Source: Chthoniobacterales bacterium (GTDB taxonomy: Bacteria; Verrucomicrobiota; Verrucomicrobiia; Chthoniobacterales; Chthoniobacteraceae). From it: a stretch of DNA of 64,000 nt. Below the pieces are notes generated by a model. It searched no databases, was not told the DNA's origin, and saw only the letters and a list, made by a program, of their open reading frames with translations. Below, piece by piece: positions 48,345 to 59,103 of this stretch. The position numbers and the translations under genes were made by a program. Location of the stretch: positions 93,366 through 157,365 of the forward strand of contig JBBRPM010000006.1 of NCBI GenBank assembly GCA_038228115.1, given 5' to 3'. The stretch's first letter is position 1. Each line of letters opens with the position of its first letter.

Positions 48345-50210
48345 ATGATATTAAAAATCCGCCAACGCATGACGCTCGCTGCCACGACGGCTGCCGCGTT
48401 TGCCTGGATGGTGCTCGGGGCACCGTCGCTACAGGCTCAGGACAAGGCTCCCGAAACTCCGCCGGCGGCTGCCGCTGCACCTGCGGCCGATGCTGCGGCC
48501 GCACCCGCCGCCGACGCCGCACCGGCCGCACCGGCAGCTCCGGCACCGCCCGATTCGGTCGCGTATCCGCCGGGCGCAAACGCGGGCACCGCGACGGATC
48601 TGACGTGGCCGATTCCGGCGGATTCCGCGAGCGTGAATGCCGACGGTAAAGGAAAGGTCACCAACGACGAACTCATCGCGAATGTGGCGCACAACAAAGT
48701 CTCGATCAATGTGATGTGGACGTTGATTACGGGCTTCCTCGTCATGTTCATGCAGGCCGGTTTTGCGCTGGTGGAGACAGGTCTGTGCCGCGCGAAAAAC
48801 GCGGCGCACGTCATGGCGACCAACTTCATGATCTATGGCTTGGGCATGCTTGGATTCTGGGTCTGCGGATTCGCGTTCATGTTTGGCAACTACTGGAACG
48901 GCCCCGTGCCGATCGGCTGGCAGCCCGGCTTGGGACAAGGCCTCGCGCTTTTGAACCAAGGCTGGACCGTCCAGATCATGGGTCATCCGTTTGGCCTGCT
49001 CGGGTTGAAAGGGTTTTGCCTCGGTTCGGACGTTTTCGACACGGCGGTGTTCACCTTGTTTCTCTTTGAAATGGTCTTCATGGACACGACGGCGACCATC
49101 CCGACCGGCACGATGGCGGAACGCTGGAACTTCAAGCACTTCATCGTCTATGGTTTCTGGGTCGGCATGTTTCCGTATGCCATTTACGGCAACTGGGTCT
49201 GGGGCGGCGGCTGGCTCGCTCAGCTCGGGCAAAACTTCGGACTCGGCCACGGCGCGGTGGACTTCGCCGGCTCCGGCGTGGTGCATATGTGCGGCGGCAT
49301 GATCGCGCTCGCGGGCGGTCTCGCCATCGGGCCGCGTCTCGGCAAATACGGCAAGGACGGCAAGCCGCGCGCGATTCCGGGTCACGACGTGCCGATGGTC
49401 ATGCTCGGCACCTTCATTCTGGCGCTGGGCTGGTTCGGGTTCAACCCCGGTTCGACCCTCGCAGGCACGGACAACCGCATCGCCATCGTCGCAGTGAACA
49501 CCATGCTCGCCGGAGCGGCCGCTTCCTGCGGCACCCTGCTCACGATGTATCTCGTGACTGGGAAACCGGACCCGACCATGCTTTGCAACGGGCTGCTCGC
49601 GGGCCTCGTCGCGATCACCGCGCCCTGTGCGTTCGTCAATTCGATAGGCGCGGTCATCATCGGCTTCATCGCCGGTGTCATCGTGGTTTTCTCCGTCTTC
49701 TTTTGGGAGCGCGTGGCGAAAGTGGACGACTGCGTCGGTGCGCTCTCCGTGCATGGCGTCTGCGGTGCCTTTGGTGTGCTGAGCGTCGGCATTTTTGCCA
49801 ACGGCAGCTATGGCGCAGGATGGGGCGGCGTTCACAAGCTCTTCAAGGACGGTGCATGGACGATCATCAACAACGACGCGACTCCCGCGACTTTGAAAAA
49901 ATATGCGGAGATGACCGGGACGGGCGCTGGCGGCGGCTGGACCGATCAAGGCGTGACCGGAATCCTCGGTGGAATGTTTGGAGCGCCGGCTGGCGACGGA
50001 TCGCAATTCATGGCGCAGGCCGTGGATGCGCTGACGTGCGCGGTCTTCGTGTTCGTCTTCTCGTTCGCGTTCTTCAAAATCTCGAACCTCATCGTGAAAA
50101 TCCGTTCCAGCCGCGAAGACGAAATGTCAGGTCTGGATGTGCCGGAAATGGGCGTCGAAGCCTATCCCGACTTCCAAGTCACGGACAAAACTTCACCGCC
50201 GGCCGCCTAA
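48345..50210 (+). CDS. amt: Ammonium transporter with signal peptide and Ala/Pro-rich linker
   Basis: Amt/MEP/Rh core with a long secreted N-terminal extension. Start MILKIRQ, or MTLAAT at 48369. Confidence 0.85.
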   Translation: MILKIRQRMTLAATTAAAFAWMVLGAPSLQAQDKAPETPPAAAAAPAADAAAAPAADAAPAAPAAPAPPDSVAYPPGANAGTATDLTWPIPADSASVNADGKGKVTNDELIANVAHNKVSINVMWTLITGFLVMFMQAGFALVETGLCRAKNAAHVMATNFMIYGLGMLGFWVCGFAFMFGNYWNGPVPIGWQPGLGQGLALLNQGWTVQIMGHPFGLLGLKGFCLGSDVFDTAVFTLFLFEMVFMDTTATIPTGTMAERWNFKHFIVYGFWVGMFPYAIYGNWVWGGGWLAQLGQNFGLGHGAVDFAGSGVVHMCGGMIALAGGLAIGPRLGKYGKDGKPRAIPGHDVPMVMLGTFILALGWFGFNPGSTLAGTDNRIAIVAVNTMLAGAAASCGTLLTMYLVTGKPDPTMLCNGLLAGLVAITAPCAFVNSIGAVIIGFIAGVIVVFSVFFWERVAKVDDCVGALSVHGVCGAFGVLSVGIFANGSYGAGWGGVHKLFKDGAWTIINNDATPATLKKYAEMTGTGAGGGWTDQGVTGILGGMFGAPAGDGSQFMAQAVDALTCAVFVFVFSFAFFKISNLIVKIRSSREDEMSGLDVPEMGVEAYPDFQVTDKTSPPAA

Positions 50211-50636
<426 letters not shown>

Positions 50637-50646
50637 AATCTAAACC

Positions 50647-50686
50647 GGAAGCCGCGCAGTCCGATCCTGCGCGGCTTCCATTTTCA
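50647..50686 (+). terminator. Rho-independent terminator after glnK copy 1
   Basis: ggaagccgcgcag-tccgatc-ctgcgcggcttcc followed by attttc. Confidence 0.6.
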
Positions 50687-50702
50687 AAGAAAATCCAACG
50701 TC

Positions 50703-50810
50703 TGTCATTCTGAGCTTGCGAAGGATCTCTGACTATTTCCGTCCCTCGCCGCCCACCGCATTCAAGAAGAAGAAAATAATCAGAGGTTCTTCGCTTCGCT
50801 CAGAATGACA
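50703..50810. repeat. Inverted-repeat element family 2 (tgtcattctgagc ... gctcagaatgaca), copy A
   Basis: Outer 13-bp inverted termini plus inner inverted pair ctgactatttcc/gaaaatagtcag. Copies B and C lie at 55959 and 63836. Confidence 0.55.
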
Positions 50811-50843
50811 GGTTTTTTGAACTAACCCACCGCCCCAACTTCC

Positions 50844-51182
50844 ATGACTCCCACCGTCCTTTTCCTCCTCTTTATTTCCCTCGCCGTCCTCCTGCTCGGC
50901 ACCTGGCTTTGGCGGATCACGAGCAACCGCTCGATCTTTCTGCACACCATGTTTGGCACCATTTGCATGATGCTCGCCGCCTACCACGCCGCCGCGAGAC
51001 ACGGCCTCGAGTGGGCCATTATCCTCCCGTTTTTCACCACCATGCTTTTCGCCGGACGCGCCATCGGCACCGGCTGGCGCAGCCGTCGGCAGAACGAACT
51101 CCGCCTGCCTGCGCAACTCATGGCCGCGGTCGCCGCGCTCGCCCTCACCGCCACGCTCGCCGCCTACGCCACACTCGGCTGA
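50844..51182 (+). CDS. Hypothetical small membrane protein
   Basis: 112-aa ORF with three hydrophobic helices. Confidence 0.35.
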   Translation: MTPTVLFLLFISLAVLLLGTWLWRITSNRSIFLHTMFGTICMMLAAYHAAARHGLEWAIILPFFTTMLFAGRAIGTGWRSRRQNELRLPAQLMAAVAALALTATLAAYATLG

Positions 51183-51197
51183 GGGCGATTTCCGGGA

Positions 51198-52484
51198 ATG
51201 CCGCTCCTCGCCGAAGCCCTTCTCGATCCGCATCCGGCTTTCATTCTCCCCTTCGCGGTGCTGCTGCTCTGCATCGCGACGATGCCGCTGCTGCTCTCGA
51301 AATTTTGGGAGCATCACTACCAAAAAATCGCCGCCGGCCTCGGGCTGATCGCCGTCCTTTACTACGTCTTCGGACTGCACGCGGGCGGGCGGATGCTCGG
51401 CGTCGCGTGGGAATATGTGAGCTTCATCGTCTTCATTGGCTCGCTCTTCGTCGTCGCGGGCGGCATCCATGTGCGGACGCGCGGCGAGGCGAGTCCGTGG
51501 CACAACGTCCTCTTCCTTGCCGGCGGCGCGGTGCTCGCGAATCTCGTCGGCACGACCGGCGCTTCGATGCTGCTCATCCGTCCGTGGATTCGGCTGAACA
51601 AATATCGCTTCACCACGCTGCACACGGCCTTCTTCATTTTCATCGTCAGCAATGTCGGCGGCTGCCTCACGCCGATCGGCGATCCGCCACTCTTTCTCGG
51701 CTATCTGAAAGGCGTCCCGTTTTGGTGGATCACCGCGAAATGTCTGCCAGCGTGGGCGCTCGCGGTCGGATGTTTGCTCGTCATTTTTTACGCGCTGGAT
51801 CGCGTCAATTTCCTCGCCGCCCCGCGCGCCATCCGCGAGGAACAAACCGCGCACGAGACGCTGAAAATCGAGGGTCTGCCCAATCTCGGCTGGCTCGCCC
51901 TCATCCTCGTCGCAGTTTTCCTAAAATCCCCGCCCGGCCTGCGCGAAGCGCTCATGGTGGTTGCGGCTTTTGGCTCGTGCAAAACCACGCGGCAACCCAT
52001 CCACGACGCGAATCATTTTTCCTTCGGCCCGATCAAGGAGATCGCGTGGCTCTTCGCGGGCATCTTCGCCACGATGGTCCCCGCGCTCGACTACCTCACC
52101 GGCCACGCCGCCGCGCTCGGCATCACCGCGCCGCTGCATTTCTACTGGTTCAGCGGCGCGCTCAGCGGCGTGCTCGATAACGCGCCGACCTACCTCGCCT
52201 TCCTCACCGCCGCGTTCGGCCTGAAAGCGCTGAACATCGACAACGCCGCGCAAGTCACCCTCTTTCTCGATCAACATCCCGCCTACGTCGTCGCCGTCAG
52301 CCTCGGCAGCGTCTTCTTCGGCGCGATGACCTACATCGGCAACGGCCCGAACCTCATGGTCAAAGCCATCGCCGATCACGCCGGCGTCCACACGCCCCAT
52401 TTTTTCCTCTACATCATCCGGTTCAGCCTCCCGATTTTGCTGCCCGTGCTCGCCCTCGTTGGCTGGGTGTTTTTTGGAAAATAG
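51198..52484 (+). CDS. ArsB/NhaD-superfamily permease (putative Na+/H+ antiporter)
   Basis: 428-aa polytopic protein with duplicated halves typical of the ArsB/NhaD/CitMHS ion-transporter superfamily. Confidence 0.5.
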   Translation: MPLLAEALLDPHPAFILPFAVLLLCIATMPLLLSKFWEHHYQKIAAGLGLIAVLYYVFGLHAGGRMLGVAWEYVSFIVFIGSLFVVAGGIHVRTRGEASPWHNVLFLAGGAVLANLVGTTGASMLLIRPWIRLNKYRFTTLHTAFFIFIVSNVGGCLTPIGDPPLFLGYLKGVPFWWITAKCLPAWALAVGCLLVIFYALDRVNFLAAPRAIREEQTAHETLKIEGLPNLGWLALILVAVFLKSPPGLREALMVVAAFGSCKTTRQPIHDANHFSFGPIKEIAWLFAGIFATMVPALDYLTGHAAALGITAPLHFYWFSGALSGVLDNAPTYLAFLTAAFGLKALNIDNAAQVTLFLDQHPAYVVAVSLGSVFFGAMTYIGNGPNLMVKAIADHAGVHTPHFFLYIIRFSLPILLPVLALVGWVFFGK

Positions 52485-52613
52485 TGCGCGAAAAAGAACG
52501 CTGTCTTCATTTACTCACCTTTCAGAAGACTGGCGCGATTTATACACACTCACTATCCACCGGCATCCCGGTGCCGCGCTGTTTCCCTCTGTAAAACGAG
52601 CATTTTCAACGCG

Positions 52614-52629
52614 TGGCATATCGGCTGCT
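52614..52629 (+). promoter_or_regulatory. Putative sigma-54 (-24/-12) promoter for amt-glnK unit 2
   Basis: TGGCAT-atcgg-cTGCt, followed by taaa as in unit 1. Confidence 0.4.
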
Positions 52630-52764
52630 AAATGCGCGGCGAACCAATCCCAGACCGCCCAATTCACCCGTCAGACGCTTTGCGAAAGATGGCCTGTCCC
52701 TCCGAAAAACGGGGGGCCGGTTCGGGAAACACCAAACAAAACCGCACACATCACCACCAAATCC

Positions 52765-54321
52765 ATGACACGTCTCAAGAAACTCCCGGCGCTCCTCCTC
52801 GCGGCTTCCCTCGCGTGGATGACTCTCGGCGATACCGCCCTGCACGCGCAGGCCGACGCCGCCGCGGCACCCGCCGCCGCTGACGCCAAAAAGCCCGAAG
52901 CCACGCTCGAACAGCGCGTCGCCGGCCTCGAAGCCTACCTCAACAACAGCGACCCCGCGGTCCCGCTGAAAGTCGGACCGAAAGACAAAGACGGAAATCC
53001 CACGATTCCCGACGGCCTCACGACTCCATCCGTCGGCATCTCCGGTGCCGGCCACAATGGATGGATGATGACCTGCGCGGCGCTCGTGCTTTTCATGACG
53101 CTCCCCGGCCTCGCCCTTTTCTACGGCGGCCTCGTTCGTAAAAAGAACGTCCTCAGCGTGCTCGCCCAGTGTCTTGGCTGCGCAGGCTTGGTCACCGTGC
53201 TTTGGTGGGCATTTGGATATAGCCTCGTCTTCGGCAAAAGCTTCGGGAGCCCGTATCTGGGCGGCACTGAGTTCTTCTTTCTCAAAGACGTCACGAGTGC
53301 TCCGAACACCGACTACTGCTACTGGGTTTCCCAGAATGTCTTCTCCATGTATCAGCTCATGTTCGCGATCATCACCCCGGCACTCATCGTCGGTGCGATC
53401 GCCGAGCGCATGAAATACAGCGCGATCATGCTCTTCATCGCGATCTGGATGTTCCTCATCTACTTCCCGATGGCCCACATGGTCTGGGGCGTGACTGGAC
53501 TTATGAACGGCGTCTGGAATGGCGACGCAAAAATTCAGGCGATCGACTTCGCCGGCGGCACCGTGGTTCACATGACCTCGGGCTGGAGCGCACTTATTCT
53601 TTGTATCATCCTCGGAAAGCGCCTCGGCTTTGGAAAAGAGAAGATGGCACCGCACTCGATGGTTCTTTGTATGGTCGGCACCGGCATGCTCTGGGTCGGC
53701 TGGTATGGATTTAACGCAGGCTCCGCCCTCGCCGCCGACGGCGTTTCCGCAAATGCCTTCATGACCACCACGCTCGCTGCCGCCTGCGGCGGATTCGTCT
53801 GGGCGCTCATCGAGTGGGTCCACAAGGGCCACCCATCCATCCTGGGCTTCTGCTCGGGCATCGTCGCAGGTCTCGTCGTTATCACGCCCGCTTGCGGATT
53901 CGTGGACGCGACTGGAGCCATGATCATCGGCCTGCTCGCCGCGATTGTGCCATACATCTTCGTGGTCTTCGTGAAGGGTGCGTTCGGCTATGACGACGCG
54001 CTCGATACCTTCGGCGTCCACGCCGTTGGCGGAACCATGGGAGCGATCCTCACCGGCATCCTCGCCACCAGCAAAGTGAACGGAAACCTCACCGACGCGA
54101 ACAGCTACGCCAAGGCCAACGGCCTCTACAAACTCGTGGCCGAAGGCGGCCTCCTCGGCCAGCAGCTCAAGGCCGTCGCGATCACCCTCGTGCTTTCCAT
54201 TATCGGCACGGTCGTCATCGCCATGATCGTGAAAGTGATCGTCGGTCTGCGTCCGACACCGGAAGCAGAAAGCCAGGGCCTCGACATCACCGATCACCAA
54301 GAGGAGGGCTACATCCTCTAA
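52765..54321 (+). CDS. amt: Ammonium transporter (second paralogue) with signal peptide
   Basis: Start at MTRLKKLP; Amt core; diverged from copy 1. Confidence 0.85.
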   Translation: MTRLKKLPALLLAASLAWMTLGDTALHAQADAAAAPAAADAKKPEATLEQRVAGLEAYLNNSDPAVPLKVGPKDKDGNPTIPDGLTTPSVGISGAGHNGWMMTCAALVLFMTLPGLALFYGGLVRKKNVLSVLAQCLGCAGLVTVLWWAFGYSLVFGKSFGSPYLGGTEFFFLKDVTSAPNTDYCYWVSQNVFSMYQLMFAIITPALIVGAIAERMKYSAIMLFIAIWMFLIYFPMAHMVWGVTGLMNGVWNGDAKIQAIDFAGGTVVHMTSGWSALILCIILGKRLGFGKEKMAPHSMVLCMVGTGMLWVGWYGFNAGSALAADGVSANAFMTTTLAAACGGFVWALIEWVHKGHPSILGFCSGIVAGLVVITPACGFVDATGAMIIGLLAAIVPYIFVVFVKGAFGYDDALDTFGVHAVGGTMGAILTGILATSKVNGNLTDANSYAKANGLYKLVAEGGLLGQQLKAVAITLVLSIIGTVVIAMIVKVIVGLRPTPEAESQGLDITDHQEEGYIL

Positions 54322-54418
54322 GTCGGAGGAAACCTAAAAACAATCAACCACCCGGCCCCGCCGCCAACGGCCTTCCAGCAAACGCTTTCGAAAGAAATAG
54401 GCGGCTGGGTCGGGTTAG

Positions 54419-54766
<348 letters not shown>

Positions 54767-54788
54767 TCCGTCAGGGAATCAGGGTACG

Positions 54789-54823
54789 ACCGGCGCCTCG
54801 GGAACGGGGCGCCGGTTCTTTGT
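54789..54823 (+). terminator. Hairpin terminator after glnK copy 2
   Basis: accggcgcc-tcgggaacgg-ggcgccggt followed by tctttgt. Confidence 0.5.
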
Positions 54824-54850
54824 ACGCGCATGGGTTAGCAGGGCTTTGGT

Positions 54851-54949
54851 GAGTAGTAAGAAGTAAGAAGTAAGAAGTAGTCAGAACGAACTAAGTCGCG
54901 GCTACTAACTACTGACCACTGACTACTTCTTACTTCCTACTTCCTACTC
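54851..54949. repeat. Inverted-repeat element family 1, copy 2 (overlaps the hemB stop codon)
   Basis: Left arm gagtagtaagaagtaagaagtaagaagtagtcag pairs with right arm ctgaccactgactacttcttacttcctacttcctactc. Confidence 0.55.
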
Positions 54950-55930
54950 TCCCCCCACCCAGTCCACCAACTGCCGCGCCCAATACGTTAGGATCAAATC
55001 GGCGCCGGCGCGTTTGAAGGCGGTCATCGTTTCCAGGACGGTGGCGCGTTCGTCGAGCCAGCCATTCGCGGCGGCGGCCTTCACCATCGCGTATTCACCG
55101 CTCACATTATAAACCGCGGTCGGCAGGCCGAAGCGCTCCTTTACCCGCCACACGATGTCGAGATACGGCAGGCCTGGCTTCACCATCACGATGTCCGCGC
55201 CTTCCTCCACATCGAGCGCCACTTCGCGCATCGCTTCGAGGGCATTTGCCGAATCCATCTGATAGCTGCGCCGGTCGCCCGCCGCCGGTGCGCTCTCCGC
55301 CGCATCGCGGAAGGGGCCGTAAAATGCCGACGCAAATTTCGCCGCGTAACTCATGATCACCGTGTCGGAAAATCCCGCCGCATCCAGCCCCGCGCGAATC
55401 GCCCCGACGCGACCATCCATCATGTCGCTCGGTGCCACGACATCCGCTCCGGCGCGCGCGTGCGACACCGCAGATTTTACGAGCAACTCGACCGACGCAT
55501 CGTTTTCCACACACACCTGACCGCCCTCGAAATGCGCGATGCCGCAGTGACCGTGGCTCATAAACTCGCAGAGGCACACATCCGTCATCACCACGAGTCC
55601 GGGCACCTCCCGCTTCAGCGCGCGCACCGCGCGTTGGACGATTCCGTCCTCAGCGTAGGCCTGCGAAGCCACTTCATCCTTCACCGCCGGGATACCAAAA
55701 AGCAGCACGCTCGCGACACCCGCCGCATGCGCTTCTTTCGCGTCCGCCACCAGCTCTGCGAGTGAAAGCTGAAACACGCCTGGCATCGACGCCACGGCAA
55801 CGCGCGACGTGATTTTTTCCGAAACGAAAAGCGGCAGGATGAAATCGTGCGGGTGCAGCGAAGTCTCGCGCACGAGGGAACGCAGCGCGGGTGAAGAGCG
55901 GAGACGGCGCGGACGGCGGGGTAAATTCAT
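54944..55930 (-). CDS. hemB: Porphobilinogen synthase
   Basis: Start at MNLPRRPRRLR; active-site and metal-binding Cys region CLCEFMSHGHCG. Confidence 0.9.
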   Translation of the reverse strand: MNLPRRPRRLRSSPALRSLVRETSLHPHDFILPLFVSEKITSRVAVASMPGVFQLSLAELVADAKEAHAAGVASVLLFGIPAVKDEVASQAYAEDGIVQRAVRALKREVPGLVVMTDVCLCEFMSHGHCGIAHFEGGQVCVENDASVELLVKSAVSHARAGADVVAPSDMMDGRVGAIRAGLDAAGFSDTVIMSYAAKFASAFYGPFRDAAESAPAAGDRRSYQMDSANALEAMREVALDVEEGADIVMVKPGLPYLDIVWRVKERFGLPTAVYNVSGEYAMVKAAAANGWLDERATVLETMTAFKRAGADLILTYWARQLVDWVGGE

Positions 55931-55958
55931 GGAGGCGAGGATACACAGCCGATAAAGT

Positions 55959-56062
55959 CTGTCATGTTGAGCGGAGCGAAACACGTCTGACTATTTCCGA
56001 CGGTCACCCGCTCCCGCAGTTAAGAAGAAGAGAATAGTCAGAGGTTCGCTCAGAACGAAAGG
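55959..56062. repeat. Inverted-repeat element family 2, copy B (right terminus degenerate)
   Basis: ctgtcatgttgagcggagcgaa ... tctgactatttcc ... aagaagaagagaatagtcag ... ttcgctcagaa; lies between rarA and hemB. Confidence 0.5.
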
Positions 56063-56067
56063 ATAGG

Positions 56068-57423
56068 TCACTTCTCTTTCGGAGCTTTCGTCTTCTCAGC
56101 TTCCTCGAAAAGTGCCCGCCAGTAATCCAGCCGTTCCTTGACCCGCTTCTCCTGCCCCTGCTCGCCCGGCTCATAATAACGCCGCCCCTCCGGCAGATAA
56201 GCCTGCGGCACATACGCCCCATCGAAGTCGTGACTGTATTGGTAGCCCTCGTGCCCAAAGGCCTTCTTCGCGCGCTTGCTGCCGCCGTCACGCAAATGCC
56301 GCGGCACGGCCAGCGTCACGCCTTCCTTCACTTCTTTTTGCGCGGCGCCGAGCGCGAGGTAGGCGCGATTCGATTTCGGCGCGGTCGCCAGATAAACTGT
56401 CGCGTGCGCGAGCGGGATTTGCGCTTCCGGGAGGCCGACAAACTCCACCGCCTGTTGCGCGGCGATGGCCACCAGGATGCCCTGCGAATCCGCCATCCCG
56501 ATGTCTTCGCTCGCCGAAATCACCAGCCGCCGCGCGATGAAGCGAATGTCTTCGCCAGCATAAAGCATCTTCGCCAGCCAGTAGAGCGCGGCGTCGGGAT
56601 CGGAACCGCGGATGCTTTTTATAAATGCCGAAATCGTGTCGTAGTGCTGATCGCCATCCCCGTCGTAAACGACCGCTTTTTTCTGAATGCTTTCCTCCGC
56701 AATCGCGCGCGTGATTTGGATGATCCCGTCGTCGCCGGGCGGCGTCGTGACGACGGCGATTTCGAGCGCATTCAGGCAGCGGCGCGCATCGCCATCCGCG
56801 GTCGTGGCGAGATGGGCGATCGCGTCCTCAGTCATCGCGAATTTCATTTTCCCAAAGCCGCGCGCCTCATCGGCGAGCGCGCGTTTTTGCAGGGCGACGA
56901 GGTCTTCCACCGCGAGCGGTTCCAGTTGGAAAACTTGCGAGCGCGAGACGAGCGGGCTGTTGATGTAGAAGAACGGATTGTGCGTCGTCGCTCCGATCAA
57001 ACGCACCGTCCCGCGCTCGACATCGGGTAGCAGCACGTCCTGCTGCGCTTTGTTCCAGCGATGGATTTCATCGATGAAAAGAATCGTCTTTTCGCCCTTG
57101 TTCGCGAGCCGGTTTGCTGCCGACGCAATCACGCGCCGCAGGTCCGCCACATTGCTCTCCACGCCGCTCAGCCGCTCGAACCGCGACGCCGTCGCCTGCG
57201 CGATGATCTCGGCGAGCGTCGTCTTCCCTGTGCCCGGCGGCCCGAAAAGAATAATCGAAGAAATGCGATCTGCCTCGATCGCGCGACGCAGCAACTTCCC
57301 CGCGCCGAGGATGTGCTGCTGCCCCGCGTATTCCTCCAGCGCACGCGGCCGCATCCGCTGCGCCAGCGGGGCATTCGCGGCGGGCGCAGTAGCGGGATGG
57401 GTTTCGGAAAACAGATCGGACAT
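56068..57423 (-). CDS. rarA: Replication-associated recombination protein A (AAA+ ATPase)
   Basis: Start at MSDLFSE; Walker A GPPGTGKTT, Walker B ILFIDEIHR, MgsA C-terminal domain. Confidence 0.85.
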   Translation of the reverse strand: MSDLFSETHPATAPAANAPLAQRMRPRALEEYAGQQHILGAGKLLRRAIEADRISSIILFGPPGTGKTTLAEIIAQATASRFERLSGVESNVADLRRVIASAANRLANKGEKTILFIDEIHRWNKAQQDVLLPDVERGTVRLIGATTHNPFFYINSPLVSRSQVFQLEPLAVEDLVALQKRALADEARGFGKMKFAMTEDAIAHLATTADGDARRCLNALEIAVVTTPPGDDGIIQITRAIAEESIQKKAVVYDGDGDQHYDTISAFIKSIRGSDPDAALYWLAKMLYAGEDIRFIARRLVISASEDIGMADSQGILVAIAAQQAVEFVGLPEAQIPLAHATVYLATAPKSNRAYLALGAAQKEVKEGVTLAVPRHLRDGGSKRAKKAFGHEGYQYSHDFDGAYVPQAYLPEGRRYYEPGEQGQEKRVKERLDYWRALFEEAEKTKAPKEK

Positions 57424-57508
57424 CGCGAAACAGGCTACACGTTGCCGGCGGATTTTACCTTTAAGAAATGGAAGCGACGGGGCGGCGGGAGACGGGTATA
57501 TTTGTTCG

Positions 57509-57949
57509 ATGAAAACCATCCTCGTCCCAGTTGATTTTTCGGACACCGCGGCGGCGGTGATCGAAACGGTGAAGCAGTTTGCGGCGGCTTTTGGCAGTCG
57601 CGTGGTGCTGCTGCATGTCTCGGAGCCGGAGCCGGATTTTGTGGGCTTCGAGCCGGGGCCGCTGGCGGTGCGGCAGACGGTGGCGCGCGATCTAAAGGCG
57701 GAGCATGCGAGGCTGGAGGCACTGAAGGCTTCTTGCGGGCTGCCGGATGTGCTGGCGCTGCACATTCAGGGGCCGGCGATTGAGAAAATCCTGAGCACGG
57801 CGGCGGAGCAAAACGCGGATCTGATCGCGATGGGTTCGCACGGGCACGGTGCTTTTTTCGAACTGCTCGTGGGCAGCGTGACGGCGGGCGTTTTGAAAGG
57901 CGCGACGTGTCCGGTGCTGGTCGTGCCGGTGCGAAAAATCGCTCCGTGA
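57509..57949 (+). CDS. Universal stress protein (UspA family)
   Basis: MKTILVPVDFSD...LLHV...GSHGHG...PVLVV pattern. Confidence 0.75.
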   Translation: MKTILVPVDFSDTAAAVIETVKQFAAAFGSRVVLLHVSEPEPDFVGFEPGPLAVRQTVARDLKAEHARLEALKASCGLPDVLALHIQGPAIEKILSTAAEQNADLIAMGSHGHGAFFELLVGSVTAGVLKGATCPVLVVPVRKIAP

Positions 57950-58015
57950 TTCCGCCAGCGGCGTTGCCTGACCCGCCCGCGCCTGCTTTTCTCAGCCCGA
58001 AAACCACGCACTTTT

Positions 58016-59089
58016 ATGAGCAAAAAATGGAAAATCGCCGGAATCAATTTCGACCACATGCACATGGGCGACTTGCTGCGCAACGCGTTCGAGCATCCCG
58101 ATGTGGAGATCGTGGGTATCTGCGATGAGCAACCGGCGCGGATGGAGATTTCCGCGCGCAATTTCAATCTCCAGCGCGACCGGATTTTCACCGACTACCG
58201 CGCGTGTCTGGAAAAGACGAAGCCCGATTTGGTGATCCTGTGTCCCGCCACGGCGGAGCACGGGCTGTGGACGAAACGCGTGGCGGAATACGGCGTGCAT
58301 ATCATGGTGGAGAAGCCTTTCGCCGCCACGCTGGCGGAGGCGGACGAGATGATCGCGGCGCAAAAGGCGACGGGAAAACTGCTGGCGATCAACTGGCCGA
58401 TCCGCTGGTACCCGTGCTACATCACGGCGAAGCGGCTGATCGATGAGGGCGTGATCGGCGATGTGCTGAACGTGCATCATTACGGTGGAAATCGCGGGCC
58501 GCTTTTCCACAGTGCCGACAAAGTGGAGACGACGCCCACGGCGGCGGATAAGGCGAAAAGCTGGTTTTACAAGCGCGCGCAGGGCGGCGGGTCGCTGCTC
58601 GATTACGCGGGATATGGCGCGACGATCGGGACGTGGTTTCAGGGCGGACGCAAGCCGGTCGAGGTGACGTGCGTGATGGATGAGCCCGCCGGGCTCGAAG
58701 TGGATGAGCACAGCGTGACGGTGTGCCGCTACGCGCACGGCCTTTCCAAAATCGAAACGCGCTGGGGCACTTTCTCCGATCCGTGGGTGATCCAGCCGCA
58801 GCCGAAGTGCGGCTTTGTGATCGCCGGAACGAAAGGTACGATCGCGGCGTGGGATTACGCGAATCGGGTGCGGGTGCAGACGGTGGAAACGCCGGAACGC
58901 ACCGAAGTCGCCGTGGACGAAGTCGGGCCGCCGTTTCAAAGCCCGGTCCAGTATCTCATTCACTGTCTGGAAACGGGGACGCCGGTGAGCGGCCCGCTTT
59001 CACCGGACATCGCGCGAATCGGCCAGCAGATCGTGGACAGCGCGATGCTGAGCGCGCGGGAAAAGCGGACCGTGCCGCTCGTCAGTTAG
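58016..59089 (+). CDS. Gfo/Idh/MocA-family NAD(P)-dependent oxidoreductase
   Basis: N-terminal Rossmann fold (KIAGINFDHMHMG), EKP motif, C-terminal alpha/beta domain. Confidence 0.75.
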   Translation: MSKKWKIAGINFDHMHMGDLLRNAFEHPDVEIVGICDEQPARMEISARNFNLQRDRIFTDYRACLEKTKPDLVILCPATAEHGLWTKRVAEYGVHIMVEKPFAATLAEADEMIAAQKATGKLLAINWPIRWYPCYITAKRLIDEGVIGDVLNVHHYGGNRGPLFHSADKVETTPTAADKAKSWFYKRAQGGGSLLDYAGYGATIGTWFQGGRKPVEVTCVMDEPAGLEVDEHSVTVCRYAHGLSKIETRWGTFSDPWVIQPQPKCGFVIAGTKGTIAAWDYANRVRVQTVETPERTEVAVDEVGPPFQSPVQYLIHCLETGTPVSGPLSPDIARIGQQIVDSAMLSAREKRTVPLVS

Positions 59090-59103
59090 CGAGGCGAACC
59101 GCG

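Noticed and set aside
47032-48579. 515-aa minus-strand ORF
   Set aside because: Antisense to xerC and the amt upstream region; Arg-rich; no domain.
48429-50006. 525-aa minus-strand ORF
   Set aside because: Antisense to amt copy 1.
52606-54300. 564-aa minus-strand ORF
   Set aside because: Antisense to amt copy 2.
56978-57949. 323-aa plus-strand ORF as a single gene
   Set aside because: Only its last 146 codons (UspA, 57509..57949) are coding; the upstream part is antisense to rarA.
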